A DNA stretch of 63,522 bases, filler included, from Octopus bimaculoides (taxonomy: Eukaryota), in the NCBI RefSeq assembly GCF_001194135.2. It is 6 parts of 6 records of this genome, joined end to end, with 100 filler letters (N's around TTAATTAATTAA, not from the genome) between each part and the next. Parts side by side here need not be neighbours in the genome. Positions count along the whole stretch, not along the records: positions 44,708 to 49,434 come from NC_068992.1; positions 49,535 to 58,416 come from NC_068987.1; positions 58,517 to 60,715 come from NW_026354744.1; positions 60,816 to 63,522 come from NW_026411731.1; 2 more parts are not named here. One strand, 5' to 3'. Shown piece after piece: positions 48,356 through 61,036 of the stretch. Position 1 is the first letter of the stretch; each line of letters begins with the position of its first letter. The notes beneath the pieces were generated by a model. That model saw only the letters and a program-made list of their open reading frames with translations. It was not told the origin of the DNA and did no database searches. The translations under genes and the position numbers were made by a program.

Positions 48356-48521
48356 NNNNNNNNNNNNNNNNNNNNNNNNNNNNNNNNNNNNNNNNNNNNN
48401 NNNNNNNNNNNNNNNNNNNNNNNNNNNACAGAAACAGACAAACAGAGACAGATAAACAGAGACAGACAGACAGCGTGTGTGTGCATGCGTGCGTGTGTGT
48501 GTGTGAGAGAGAGATAGATAT

Positions 48522-48576
<55 letters not shown>

Positions 48577-48582
48577 TTGGAC

Positions 48583-49226
48583 ACATAAAAGGTGCAGCAA
48601 TATCAAAAGAAAGTTAACAGAGAAAACAGTTCTTCTATGAGGAAGATGCACAGGTAGAATAACACCGAAAACGTACAGAAAATAGAGTCCATCAACTGCC
48701 AAATGGGTAGGCTAGAGGTAGCAGATAGCTTTCGTTTTCTAGGTGACTAAGTAAGTAGCGAAGGCGGATGTTCCGGGAGCGTAAATATAAGAATAAGAAT
48801 AGGCTGAGCAAAGTTGAAAGATCTCCTGCCTCCGCTGGCAACAAATGGTCTCACCCTCAGAGTAAAACTAGACTTTATGATGCCTGTGTGCGAACAGCTA
48901 TGCTACATGGCAGTGGAACGTGAGCTATTACAGCCAAGGACATGCGCAGGCTTGAAAGAAATGAAGCCAGTAGGCTTCTCTGGATGTGCAAATTCAGTAT
49001 GCGAGTTCGACAGAGTGTAAACCTCAGAGAGAAAAGTTAGTCATAAGAGGTATCGAGGTGGTGTGCAAGAGAGACAACTGCGCTGGTATGATCATGTGAT
49101 GCATATGGACGAGGACAGCTGTGTAAAGAAGTGCCATGCCCTAACAGTGGAGATGTAACCTGTGGTAGATGTAGACTCAGGAAGAAATGGGACGAGGTAG
49201 TGAAGCATAATCCTTGAATTTTGGGC
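48583..49226 (+). mobile_element. RTE LINE C-terminal fragment
   Basis: CQMGRLEVADSFRFLGD, DLLPPLATNGLTLRVK, LRWYDHVMHMDEDSCVKKCHAL; same family as 9757-11659. Confidence 0.9.
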
Positions 49227-49375
49227 TTCTTTCAGTTTCCATCTACCAAATCCACTCACAAGGCTTTGGTCGGCCCGAGGCTATAGTAGAAGGCACTTGC
49301 CCAAAAGGCCACGCAGTGGGACGGAACCCGTAACCATGTGGTTGATAAGCAAAATACTTACCACACAGCCACTTC
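49222..49375 (-). mobile_element. CORE-type SINE head
   Basis: GGGCTTCTTTCAGTTTCCATCTACCAAATCCACTCACAAGGCTTTGGTCGGCCCGAGGC...ACCACACAGCC. Confidence 0.9.
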
Positions 49376-49542
49376 GTAATAATCCTTAATGTGGTCACTG
49401 TTGGTATATATTGATATGTATATATGTATATATANNNNNNNNNNNNNNNNNNNNNNNNNNNNNNNNNNNNNNNNNNNNTTAATTAATTAANNNNNNNNNN
49501 NNNNNNNNNNNNNNNNNNNNNNNNNNNNNNNNNNCAACATAC

Positions 49543-49939
49543 TCTTTTACTTGTTTCAGGCATTTGACTGCGGCCATGCTGGAGCACCGTCTTTAGTCGA
49601 GAAAATCGACCCCAGGACTACTTTGTAAGCCTAGTACTTATTCTATCGGTCACTTTTTGCCGAACCGCTAAGTTATGGGGACGTAAACACACCAGCATCG
49701 GTTGTCAAGCGATGGGGGGGAGGCAAACCCCGACACACACACACACACACATACACATATATATATATATACATATATACGACGGGCTTCTTTCAGTTTC
49801 CGTCTACCAAATCCACTCACAGGGCTTTGGTCGGCCCGAGGCTATAGTAGAATACACCTGCCCAAAGTGCCACGTAGTGGGACTGAACCCGGAACCATGT
49901 GGTTAGTAAACAATCTACTTACCACACAGCCACTCCCGC
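49543..49939 (-). mobile_element. Well-preserved full-length CORE-type SINE
   Basis: Tail TCTTTTACTTGTTTCAG, 3' body, (CA)n(TA)n, head ending ACCACACAGCC; CpGs retained. Confidence 0.93.
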
Positions 49940-50461
49940 GACCAGAGCTTTGATTACATTATCCAAAATATACTTTTCTAAGATGGCTGAATATGATTAG
50001 AGGAAAAGTTGATTGCTCTTTCTAGCAGTTCAAATGACCGTACAGAAGCTTCCACTGGCCGGTTATTATTGATGTTCTTGCTGTTTAACCCTTGGTCAAC
50101 TCATATAGAACAGATACACGATCAAAGGTAATCATTATTATCGTGACCATCCCGTCTAATTTTATATATAAAGAAGGTATACATCAACCAATGCGTCTCT
50201 CTTTTATTTCAAAAATATCATGGAGTGAATTTGAAGGAAATTTGGTTGTTATTTTTATCAGACAGAACAACCATATAGATCTTTACAAGGGTGTTGTTTT
50301 TGTATTGTTGCTACGACGTTTTTCTTACTATCGTTTGCTGTTGTTGTTGTTGTTGTTGTTGTTGTTGCAGCTAAAATGTGAAAATTGTTCTTCAACATCT
50401 GAAGGAACCAGATTGCATGTAAAATGTAAGCCAGAGAGTGCTAGTAACACAGTCTGTCAAA

Positions 50462-50499
<38 letters not shown>

Positions 50500-50641
50500 C
50501 ACTCGCACACACACACACACATACTCGCGCGCGCACACACACACAGGCATTCACATACGCAGGCGCACATAGGCACATATACACACACAAACACATGCAA
50601 CACGCATGCAAACCCACATACAAACACAACTTTTCCACAAC

Positions 50642-50643
50642 TA

Positions 50644-50692
<49 letters not shown>

Positions 50693-50698
50693 GTAACA

Positions 50699-50752
<54 letters not shown>

Positions 50753-50951
50753 GCTGCTGCTGGAAAAAANNNNNNNNNNNNNNNNNNNNNNNNNNNNNNN
50801 NNNNNNNNNNNNNNNNNNNNNNNNNNNNNNNNNNNNNNNNNNNNNNNNNNNNNNNNNNNNNNNNNNNNNNNNNNNNNNNNNNNNNNNNNNNNNNNNNNNN
50901 NNNNNNNNNNNNNNNNNNNNNNNNNNNNNNNNNNNNNNNNNNCCACAACTA

Positions 50952-51000
<49 letters not shown>

Positions 51001-51006
51001 GTAACA

Positions 51007-51060
<54 letters not shown>

Positions 51061-51076
51061 GCTGCTGCTGGAAAAA
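50642..51076. repeat. (AAT)n(TAC)n(TGC)n compound microsatellite, duplicated across a gap
   Basis: Same text at ~50635-50769 and 50943-51076. Confidence 0.9.
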
Positions 51077-51696
51077 AATGAATAAATAAAATGTACAGTG
51101 AATGTGAGATCAGAGAGCGAAGAAAAAAATAGATATAATAATAAATAAATAAAAACCGCCTCGAAATCTGGGCATTAATTGATTATGTGATATATATTGT
51201 TTTTATTATATATTTTATATATTTTATACAAGAAATTCAAACGATATGTGCTTGGTTGGAGCTTTTAAAATGACTCCACACGGTTTTTAAATGTTTTTAG
51301 CACATTTTTATTTACTTAAGAGTTAACTAGATTAGTGGTGTTGAAACTGGTTAAGTTAAAAGACTTGGTTTTTTTTTTTTCTCCCTTTTTCTGGTTTGAT
51401 GCATTTAACAGCTGTTGATTTCACTATACAACATTAGTCGAAAGTAATAATATAAAGTGCAAAAACAAAATTGAATAAACATAGAAAAAAAAAATAATTG
51501 AATGTAGAAAAAAAAAGAAGAAAAGAAAGAGAAGAGATAATGCGGGTAGATTCTACTTAGTGGCTCGGTCTGCTGGAAATAGAATCCTCTTTTCCCTCAA
51601 AAGACACTCTATAGTCTTGTAGGAAGATAACGAGGGGGTGAGAAGAAAAAAAAATGGAATATATTATTGGATACGGAAAGCTTAAAATTTTGGCAC

Positions 51697-51850
51697 AGAT
51701 ATGGCTGTGCGGTTAAAGAGGTCTCTTTGCAAGCCCGTGTCTTCGGGCTCAGTCCCACTGCATGGCACCTTGGGCAATTGTCTTCTATCATAGCTCCGGG
51801 TGAGCCTACAATTTGTCTTGTGACGAAATTTTGGTGGAAGCCCGTTTAGT
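51697..51850 (+). mobile_element. CORE-type SINE head
   Basis: GATATGGCTGTGCGGTTAAAG...GGCTCAGTCCCACTGCATGGCACCTTGGGCAA. Confidence 0.8.
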
Positions 51851-52234
51851 GATTGAGTATATATATATATATATATATATATATNNNNNNNNNNNNNNNN
51901 NNNNNNNNNNNNNNNNNNNNNNNNNNNNNNNNNNNNNNNNNNNNNNNNNNNNNNNNNNNNNNNNNNNNNNNNNNNNNNNNNNNNNNNNNNNNNNNNNNNN
52001 NNNNNNNNNNNNNNNNNNNNNNNNNNNNNNNNNNNNNNNNNNNNNNNNNNNNNNNNNNNNNNNNNNNNNNNNNNNNNNNNNNNNNNNNNNNNNNNNNNNN
52101 NNNNNNNNNNNNNNNNNNNNNNNNNNNNNNNNNNNNNNNNNNNNNNNNNNNNNNNNNNNNNNNNNNNNNNNNNNNNNNNNNNNAAAAAATCACGTCCGAA
52201 TGAAATAAGACGGACGCTTTTATTTTTCATTTAT

Positions 52235-52678
52235 CTTTTCATTTTACTTGTTTCAATCATTGGACTGCGGCCATGCTGGGGCACCACCCTGAAATATATT
52301 AGCCGAACGAATCGTCCCCCAGTACGTATGATATTTTAAAGTATGGTACTTATTCTATCATTCTCTTTTTGTCGAATCGCTACGTTACAGGGACGTAAGC
52401 ACACTAGCATCGGCTGTCAAGCGGTGGTGGGAGACAAACACAGACGCAAACACGCACACACACATAGACACACGCACATACACACACACACACACATGCA
52501 TAAATACATATAAACCTCTCTCTTCTTCAGCACACAAACACAACGGGCTTCTTTTAGTTTCCGTCTATCAAATCCACTCACAAAGGCTTTGCAGACCCAA
52601 AGCCCAACATGCCACATAGTGGGACTGAACTCGGAACAATGTAGGTGGAAAGCAAACTTCTTACCACTCAGCCACTAT
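52235..52678 (-). mobile_element. Full-length CORE-type SINE
   Basis: TTTTACTTGTTTCAATCATTGGACTGCGGCCATGCTGG...CTTCTTACCACTCAGCC. Confidence 0.88.
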
Positions 52679-53577
52679 CGGAATACCCTTGATTATAAGC
52701 CGATCAGAAGCGACCTAGGGCTCAACAACAATGACAGCAACAACGATAAGAAGAAGTAGAACAGATAAAATAAATAGAATAAAGAATTGAGAACAAGATA
52801 TAAATGTCTGCAAATAAGATATATTTACCATGCGAAAAACAGAAGTGTCTTCAACCTTGAATAAAATTGAGGAGGCAAAATAGAAAAATAAACACAGAAA
52901 CGAACAAAACGAAAATTAAGAAGAGAAAAAAGATGGCTGCTGAGTGTAAGGACAAGGCTTGTCTTTACTTGTGTCATTCCCGAGAGGTTTGCTTGCTATG
53001 ATATCCCAGTGCAAGTTGATTTGTTTTACTTCTGGCTTTAATTCATGGCGTGAAGACACGCAGTGACACACAATTTGAAGATAAAATGTCTTTGGTGTGT
53101 AATGTGTTTGTACGTGTAAGTCTGAAAATAACGGAGTGGAATGAAAAACAAGGAGAGAGAGAGAGAGAGGGGGGAGAGAAAGAGAGGGAGAGAGGGGAGC
53201 AAGAAATTGAAGAGACAGGATGAGCAAACGAAAGAGAGTGATAGAAAGGTACATATATATATACATATATATATATANNNNNNNNNNNNNNNNNNNNNNN
53301 NNNNNNNNNNNNNNNNNNNNNNNNNNNNNNNNNNNNNNNNNNNNNNNNNNNNNNNNNNNNNNNNNNNNNNNNNNNNNNNNNNNNNNNNNNNNNNNNNNNN
53401 NNNNNNNNNNNNNNNNNNNNNNNNNNNNNNNNNNNNNNNNNNNNNNNNNNNNNNNNNNNNNNNNNNNNNNNNNNNNNNNNNNNNNNNNNNNNNNNNNNNN
53501 NNNNNNNNNNNNNNNNNNNNNNNNNNNNNNTGTATATATATATATATAGATATATATATATATATTATAAATAGATG

Positions 53578-53649
<72 letters not shown>

Positions 53650-54097
53650 AGGACAGAAAGAGAGAGGGCTGGAGAAAGATAGGACAGAGCGAGCAAGAGA
53701 AAGAAAGACAAAGAGAAACAGACAAAAACAGAGAAAGAGAGAAGGGGAGTAAGAAAATGGAGAGACAATGAGCAAACGCAAGACAGAGAGAGGAAGAGAG
53801 GAGGAGAAAGTGAGACAGAAAACGAGAGGGTGGATAAAGATAGGATAGAGTGAGCAAAAGAGAGAGACAGAGACAAAAACAGTGAGAGGAAGAGGAATAA
53901 AATGGAGAGTGGGTGAACATACGAAAGAGAGGGGGAGAGAGAAAGAAAGACAAAAAGAGAAAAGTTTATAATTATTCAGTTAGGTATAAAGTACAAATTC
54001 GTGTTCTCTTCGCGAATACAATAACCAAAAGATCCACTAAAAAATTCCACGTGGATATTCTTCTGCTTGCTAGAAATATTTACAGAATTTTGAGAAA

Positions 54098-54445
54098 TCA
54101 ACTGGTAACAACAATGATAGTATTATCATGATAGCAATGTCTGTAGCTACTTATATTGTATATCATCATATGTGTGTGTATGTGTATGTGCTTCTGAATG
54201 TGTGTGTGTGCGCGCGCGCGTGTGTGCATGCGTATGTATGTGTGTGCATGCGTGTGTATGTGTGTGCGTGCGTGTGTATGTGTGCGTGCGTATATGTTTG
54301 TGCGCGTGTATGTGTGTGTATGTGTGTGCGTTTGTACGTGCGTGTGTGCGTGCGTGCGCGCGTGTGTGTATGTGCGTGCGTGCATGTGTGTTTGTATGTG
54401 TGTCTGCGCAGGCGTGTTTGTATGTGTGTATGTGCGTGTATAGTT
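54098..54445. repeat. (TG)n/(TGCG)n low-complexity repeat
   Basis: Direct reading. Confidence 0.95.
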
Positions 54446-54504
54446 AACTTAGTTCTCATCGAGATTCAGCATGACAGGATGTGATGAGGCTGATTTTTGA
54501 ATTA

Positions 54505-54624
54505 CAGGTAGAACTCATTTCAGCCAGTTGAGTGGACTGGAGCAATGTGAAATAAAGTGTCTTGCTCAAGGACGCAATGCACTACGATCGTGAGCCGAAT
54601 GCCCTAACCACTAAGCCACGAGCC
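54505..54624 (-). mobile_element. Internally deleted MetaSINE-like copy
   Basis: GAGTGGACTGGAGCAATGTGAAATAAAGTGTCTTGCTCAAGGAC and CCCTAACCACTAAGCCACG. Confidence 0.7.
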
Positions 54625-54704
54625 CTTTCATCCTTACTAATCTGACTATCAAATGCCAACGCGCCTAAATAATTTGTTTCAAAAATGCAATAGCACTAGC
54701 GGTC

Positions 54705-54775
54705 ACACCATCATCATCATTACCTCCACCGCCACTACAACCACCACCTTCATCATCACCACCACCACAACCACC

Positions 54776-54809
<34 letters not shown>

Positions 54810-54972
54810 TCATCATCCCACGCCTCGCCACCACCACCGCCACAACCACAAAAGCCACAACTACTAGCACCACCACCACCACCACCCTCATCATCATCAT
54901 CCTCATCATCATTATCATCATCATCATCATTATCATCATCATCATCACGACCACCACGACCACCACCACAAC

Positions 54973-55036
<64 letters not shown>

Positions 55037-55119
55037 TTCCCTAGCAGCAGCAACAGCAACGACAGCAGCAGCAGCAGCAACAGCAACGACAGCAGCAGCA
55101 GCAACAGCAACAGCAACGA

Positions 55120-55158
<39 letters not shown>

Positions 55159-55160
55159 AG
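54705..55160. repeat. Mosaic trinucleotide tract (CAT/CAC/CAG/CAA/TAG)
   Basis: Direct reading; produces poly-I/T/D/M/S ORFs. Confidence 0.95.
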
Positions 55161-56241
55161 CAGCCCCCACCCATTTTTCTATGTCCTCGCAACCTATACG
55201 TCCTCCCCAGGAGGCGCTGCTAACAAGATAAATACACGGAACATCCGGTGTATTCCATTTCATTTCTTTTGTGTTCATTAAAAATTTTCACTTTTCATTG
55301 TCTGTTTTTTTTTGCTGTCCTATTCTCTTCCTCTCCTCCCCCATCGCATGGTTTTGTTTTTATTTATTCTGTCACGTGTACAATAACCACCAATGTCCTG
55401 ATTGTTGCGGACGCCATTGGTAATTTCACTTTCAACAAGTTTGGTATCGCTGTGTGTGTATATGCGTGAGTGCGTGTGTCTCAATGTGTGTGAGTCTCTG
55501 TGTGTGTACGTATGACTGTGTATGTGTGTTTGCATAGCAATGCCTATATCTGTATACATATAAAGATATACGCACACATCTATATATTATGTATATGTGT
55601 ATGGATACCTTTGAATATTTGTATACACACACAGAGCATATATATGTATATACAAACATATATACATACATATGCATGTGTATACATATATGCCCATATA
55701 TATATATATANNNNNNNNNNNNNNNNNNNNNNNNNNNNNNNNNNNNNNNNNNNNNNNNNNNNNNNNNNNNNNNNNNNNNNNNNNNNNNNNNNNNNNNNNN
55801 NNNNNNNNNNNNNNNNNNNNNNNNNNNNNNNNNNNNNNNNNNNNNNNNNNNNNNNNNNNNNNNNNNNNNNNNNNNNNNNNNNNNNNNNNNNNNNNNNNNN
55901 NNNNNNNNNNNNNNNNNNNNNNNNNNNNNNNNNNNNNNNNNNNNNNNNNNNNNNNNNNNNNNNNNNNNNNNNNNNNNNNNNNNNNNNNNNNNNNNNNNNN
56001 NNNNNNNNNNNNNNNNNNNNNNNNNNNNNNNNNNNNNNNNNNNNNNNNNNNNNNNNNNNNNNNNNNNNNNNNNNNNNNNNNNNNNNNNNNNNNNNNNNNN
56101 NNNNNNNNNNNNNNNNNNNNNNNNNNNNNNNNNNNNNNNNNNNNNNNNNNNNNNNNNNNNNNNNNNNNNNNNNNNNNNNNNNNNNNNNNNNNNNNNNNNN
56201 NNNNNNNNNNNNNNNNNNNNNNNNNNNNNNNNNNNNNNNNN

Positions 56242-56400
56242 CGACCCCAGGACTTACTCTTTGTAAGCCTAGTACTTATTCCATCAGTCTATTTTGCCGA
56301 ACCGCTAAGTTACGGGGGGACGTAAATACACCAGCATCGGTTGTCAAGCGATGTTGGGAGGACAAGCACAGACACACAAACACACACATACATATATACA
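56242..56400 (-). mobile_element. 3' body of CORE-type SINE
   Basis: CGACCCCAGGACTTACTCTTTGTAAGCCTAGTACTTATTC...CCAGCATCGGTTGTCAAGCG. Confidence 0.88.
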
Positions 56401-56526
56401 TACATATATACATACATATATATGCATATATATATATATATAAACATACACATTTTTATACTTACATTCATATATACATATATACATAAATATATGTGTC
56501 TGTATGCGTGTGTCTCCATGTGTGTA

Positions 56527-56615
<89 letters not shown>

Positions 56616-57529
56616 TTGTGTCTGCTTATATGTATATGAGTTATACTTGTATATGTAACTAAATGTGTGTATGAATGCGTTCATATCTACCTAAACACAC
56701 TTTACTAATTTCAGGGTCTTGCTTCATTTTATATCTATTCTTTCCTTCTTACTCATTGAAGGTAATGTTTCCCTCTACTAAGCATGACCTATCAATCATA
56801 GCCCAACACTTTAATAGTTTCTGTATTAAACGATTATATCCCGTCTAGTTTGCCGCTTTCGTTTTGTTTGTTATATTTTATTTATGTGCACATATTTTAA
56901 TTTCATTGTTTCTTCTTAGTTTATGATTTACATTCCATCAAGCATAACTGTGCGCAAGTTTGCCCGTCTGGGCTACACGTAACATAATACGCCATTGTCT
57001 TGTAGCGTAGCATCCAACGTAATTCTATTTTATTTTTTGAATTGTTTGCTTGCTTCTTTGAAATTATAATTCAGTTACGGTAAAAATCTTATTGAATATC
57101 ATTAAATTATCAATTAAGTAAATCAGATCTAACCTTCAAGGCAGTATTATATACATTTACTTTGAATTTACAAGTAAATAGCGCAAGAAAATCTAGGACA
57201 CAGGTATTTCGAGATCGTTGTATCTCGTCAAAGGCGACAAATATCTCTTACTGCTTGATGAAATACACCATCGGTCAGCATATTCACGTTCGAATCTGTC
57301 GGAACGCATTAAGAATACATATGCAAGCCATCACGCATGTGCACGCACGCACACACACACGCCCGCACGCCCGTCCGCACGCGCGCACACACACACACAC
57401 ACACACATATATGCAGAATGTATGTGTATGTGTGTATATATGTACATACGTATGTGCGAGTGTGTGTATATATGTGTATGTATATATATATGTATTTATG
57501 TCTTTTATATCATATTTGCTTCAGTAATT

Positions 57530-57803
57530 AGACAGCGGCCGTGTTGGGGCGCCGCCCTGAACAATTTTTAATCGGATAAATCAACGGGAACGTAAAAACA
57601 CCAACACCGGTTGTCAAGCGGTGGCAGGGGGGACACACACACACACACGTACACACATATGCGACAGACTTCCACATACTTTCCGTCCACATTCATTCAC
57701 AAGGCATTGGTCGACTCGAGGCTACTTACCCAAGGTGGCATGCAGTGGGACTGAACCCGAAACCGCATGGCTGGAAAGCGAACTTCTTAACCACACAGCC
57801 ACG
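57530..57803 (-). mobile_element. CORE-type SINE, shortened
   Basis: GCGGCCGTGTTGGGGCGCCGCC, GGTTGTCAAGCGG, CA tract, GCAGTGGGACTGAACCCG, AACCACACAGCC. Confidence 0.82.
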
Positions 57804-58380
57804 CTCTCTGAACTCATCGGATTCATCTGACTTACTTGACGCGTTTAGATTTTAAACCTTCATACGGCAGAGATCTTGTCTTTGGACAGTTTGGATCATC
57901 TCAGATGATCAAATCTCTTCAACCACATATCTAAGACCTTACAGTATTTTTTTTTATTAAGCATGCAGAGCGCATTTTCCTTAAGCCTTATTGTAAATAT
58001 AACGTGTTGCCGTTATTCTAATAATTCCGATAAATCTGCCACAATATATATAATTATGAACATTCTTCTTCTTAGTAAGCCAGAATCATAAATAGCCGTT
58101 AACCCACCTGATGGTCGAATCACGAAATTTTAAGGTTAAGCTATTTCGCTTGATGTGTATCGCTTGTGCCTTTCTTAATGGCGGAGCAACGTAAGAAATC
58201 GAGTGATAAGCGATTGAGGAGGAGAAGCAAATGTCAGAGTAATGAAGTAAATGAAAGCCTTTATTTAATATTATTCCTTTGCTTTCTGATGTCAAAGCCC
58301 GCTTTGATCATCGAATTTCATCGTTTTCGGGTTTGATAAGACCTGGTCATAAATAAATAAACAAAATATATACATACATG

Positions 58381-58416
<36 letters not shown>

Positions 58417-58562
58417 NNNNNNNNNNNNNNNNNNNNNNNNNNNNNNNNNNNNNNNNNNNNTTAATTAATTAANNNNNNNNNNNNNNNNNNNNNNNNNNNN
58501 NNNNNNNNNNNNNNNNTGGCGTTTAAATTTAGTTTACTTTTTCCATTATACTTACGCACAAA

Positions 58563-58940
58563 GGCGGTGAGCTGGCAGAAACGTTATCACGTTGGACGAA
58601 ATGCTTAGCGGTATTTCGTCTGCTGTTACGTTCTGAGTTCATATTCCGCCGAGGTCGACTTTGTCTTTCATCCTTTCGGGGTCGATAAATTAAGTACCAG
58701 TTACGCACTGGGGTCGATGTAATCGACTTAATCCCTTTGTCTGTCCTTGTTTGTCCCATCTTGTGGGCAATAAAGAAATAGGTATTTCGCCCGTTGCTAC
58801 GTTCCAAGTAAAAATTCTGCCGAGGTCGACTTTTCCTTCCGCCATTTCGTTGAATTAGGTACCAGTGAAATTCTGGGGTCGATGTAATCGACTAGCCCCC
58901 TCCAACAAAACCTCAGGCCTTGTGCCTATAACAGAAAGGG
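58563..58940 (+). mobile_element. Third tRNA-headed SINE family, dimeric
   Basis: GGCGGTGAGCTGGCAGAAACG, GTTCTGAGTTCATATTCCGCCGAGGTCGACTTTG, GGGGTCGATGTAATCGACT; the body repeats from ~58780. Confidence 0.85.
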
Positions 58941-59231
58941 TTATACTTACACACTGTTACACGAGGGTGAGTCAGAAGGTAATGCAATTTTTATTTTCAT
59001 TACTTTCTCATTCTCGTATTATATATCCATTATATTTACACACACGCATGCGCACATTCACTTGCAAGCATTAACAACACATCTCTTACAGTACATAATG
59101 CAGATATTGTAATTTTGCTTGTTATATGAAAATAGTTTTCCATGACATTGAAGGTGCTGTACGATTCGTGCCAGGTCTCAACGATGCCCGATAATCGGCA
59201 GTTAACTGTAACTGTTGCCTATTTTTACTCA

Positions 59232-59456
59232 GTGGAGGCGCAATGGCCCAGTGGTTAGGGCAGCGGACTCGCAGTCATAGGATCGCGGTTTCAATTCACA
59301 AACTGGGCGTTGTGAGTGTTTATTGAGCGAAAACACCTAAAGCTCCACGAAGCTCCGGCAGGGGATGGTGGCGAACCCTGCTGTACTCTTTCACCACAAC
59401 TTTCTCTCACTCTTTCTTCCTGTTTCTGTTGTGCCTGTACTTCAAAGGGCCAGCCT
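59232..59456 (+). mobile_element. tRNA-headed SINE (related head, different body)
   Basis: GTGGAGGCGCAATGGCCCAGTGGTTAGGGC...GGTTTCAATTC; cut by a gap. Confidence 0.75.
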
Positions 59457-60360
59457 NNNNNNNNNNNNNNNNNNNNNNNNNNNNNNNNNNNNNNNNNNNN
59501 NNNNNNNNNNNNNNNNNNNNNNNNNNNNNNNNNNNNNNNNNNNNNNNNNNNNNNNNNNNNNNNNNNNNNNNNNNNNNNNNNNNNNNNNNNNNNNNNNNNN
59601 NNNNNNNNNNNNNNNNNNNNNNNNNNNNNNNNNNNNNNNNNNNNNNNNNNNNNNNNNNNNNNNNNNNNNNNNNNNNNNNNNNNNNNNNNNNNNNNNNNNN
59701 NNNNNNNNNNNNNNNNNNNNNNNNNNNNNNNNNNNNNNNNNNNNNNNNNNNNNNNNNNNNNNNNNNNNNNNNNNNNNNNNNNNNNNNNNNNNNNNNNNNN
59801 NNNNNNNNNNNNNNNNNNNNNNNNNNNNNNNNNNNNNNNNNNNNNNNNNNNNNNNNNNNNNNNNNNNNNNNNNNNNNNNNNNNNNNNNNNNNNNNNNNNN
59901 NNNNNNNNNNNNNNNNNNNNNNNNNNNNNNNNNNNNNNNNNNNNNNNNNNNNNNNNNNNNNNNNNNNNNNNNNNNNNNNNNNNNNNNNNNNNNNNNNNNN
60001 NNNNNNNNNNNNNNNNNNNNNNNNNNNNNNNNNNNNNNNNNNNNNNNNNNNNNNNNNNNNNNNNNNNNNNNNNNNNNNNNNNNNNNNNNNNNNNNNNNNN
60101 NNNNNNNNNNNNNNNNNNNNNNNNNNNNNNNNNNNNNNNNNNNNNNNNNNNNNNNNNNNNNNNNNNNNNNNNNNNNNNNNNNNNNNNNNNNNNNNNNNNN
60201 NNNNNNNNNNNNNNNNNNNNNNNNNNNNNNNNNNNNNNNNNNNNNNNNNNNNNNNNNNNNNNNNNNNNNNNNNNNNNNNNNNNNNNNNNNNNNNNNNNNN
60301 NNNNNNNNNNNNNNNNNNNNNNNNNNNNNNNNNNNNNNNNNNNNNNNNNNNNNNNNNNNN

Positions 60361-60715
60361 TGCTCCAGCATGACTGCAGTCAAAATGACTGAAACAAATA
60401 AAAGAATAAAAGAATAGCATTTCTAAAATGTATGTATGTGTGTGTATGTTTGTGTGTCTGTATTTATACTCCCCCATCGCTTGACAACCGATGCTGGTGT
60501 GTTTACGTCCCTGTAATGTAGCGGTTCAGCAAAGAAGACCGATAAAATAAGTACTAGGCTTTCAAAGAATAAGTCCTGGGGTAGATTTGTTTGACTAAAG
60601 GCGGTGCTCCAGCATGACTGCAGTCAAAATGACTGAAACAAATAAAAGAATAAAAGAATAGCATTTCTAAAATGTATGTATGTGTGTGTATGAGTGCGTA
60701 TGTATGTGTATGTAC
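60361..60715 (+). repeat. Tandem duplication of the SINE 3' half, 244-bp period
   Basis: TGCTCCAGCATGACTGCAGTCAAAATGACTGAAAC... starts at 60361 and 60605 and is identical for about 85 bp. Confidence 0.9.
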
Positions 60716-61000
60716 NNNNNNNNNNNNNNNNNNNNNNNNNNNNNNNNNNNNNNNNNNNNTTAATTAATTAANNNNNNNNNNNNNNNNNNNNNNNNNNNNN
60801 NNNNNNNNNNNNNNNCACCCCACCCTTGCCTTCCCCCTTTTTAAACACACGTACGCGCACCTTCGTTTTGGGATCACCACGAATTTATTATCTCCCCTTC
60901 TTCCAAGCTCTCTTGTGTGACACTTCTGTCCGGCATTCGCCATGTTCGATCGCTAGCCACTACACATTCTTTATTTTCTCACCTTGTTTCTTTCTGTGTG

Positions 61001-61036
61001 CCTTTCTGTAAAGAGCGTAGGCTCGAAACGTTAAAG
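61001..61036 (+). ncRNA. Degenerate minimal hammerhead-like motif
   Basis: CTTT-CTGTAAA-GAGC-GTAG-GCTC-GAAAC-GTT-AAAG: 4-bp stems I and II and ACGT palindrome, but two core mismatches to CTGANGA. Confidence 0.4.

Noticed and set aside
50635-51076. Real tandem duplication flanking the gap (likewise 61052-61079, 61845-61940)
   Set aside because: Identical text on both sides of N runs indicates unmerged contig overlaps.
54653-55278. Poly-Asp/Gly or poly-Thr/Ile protein
   Set aside because: Open in several frames on both strands only because the trinucleotide mosaic lacks stops; no splice or start context.
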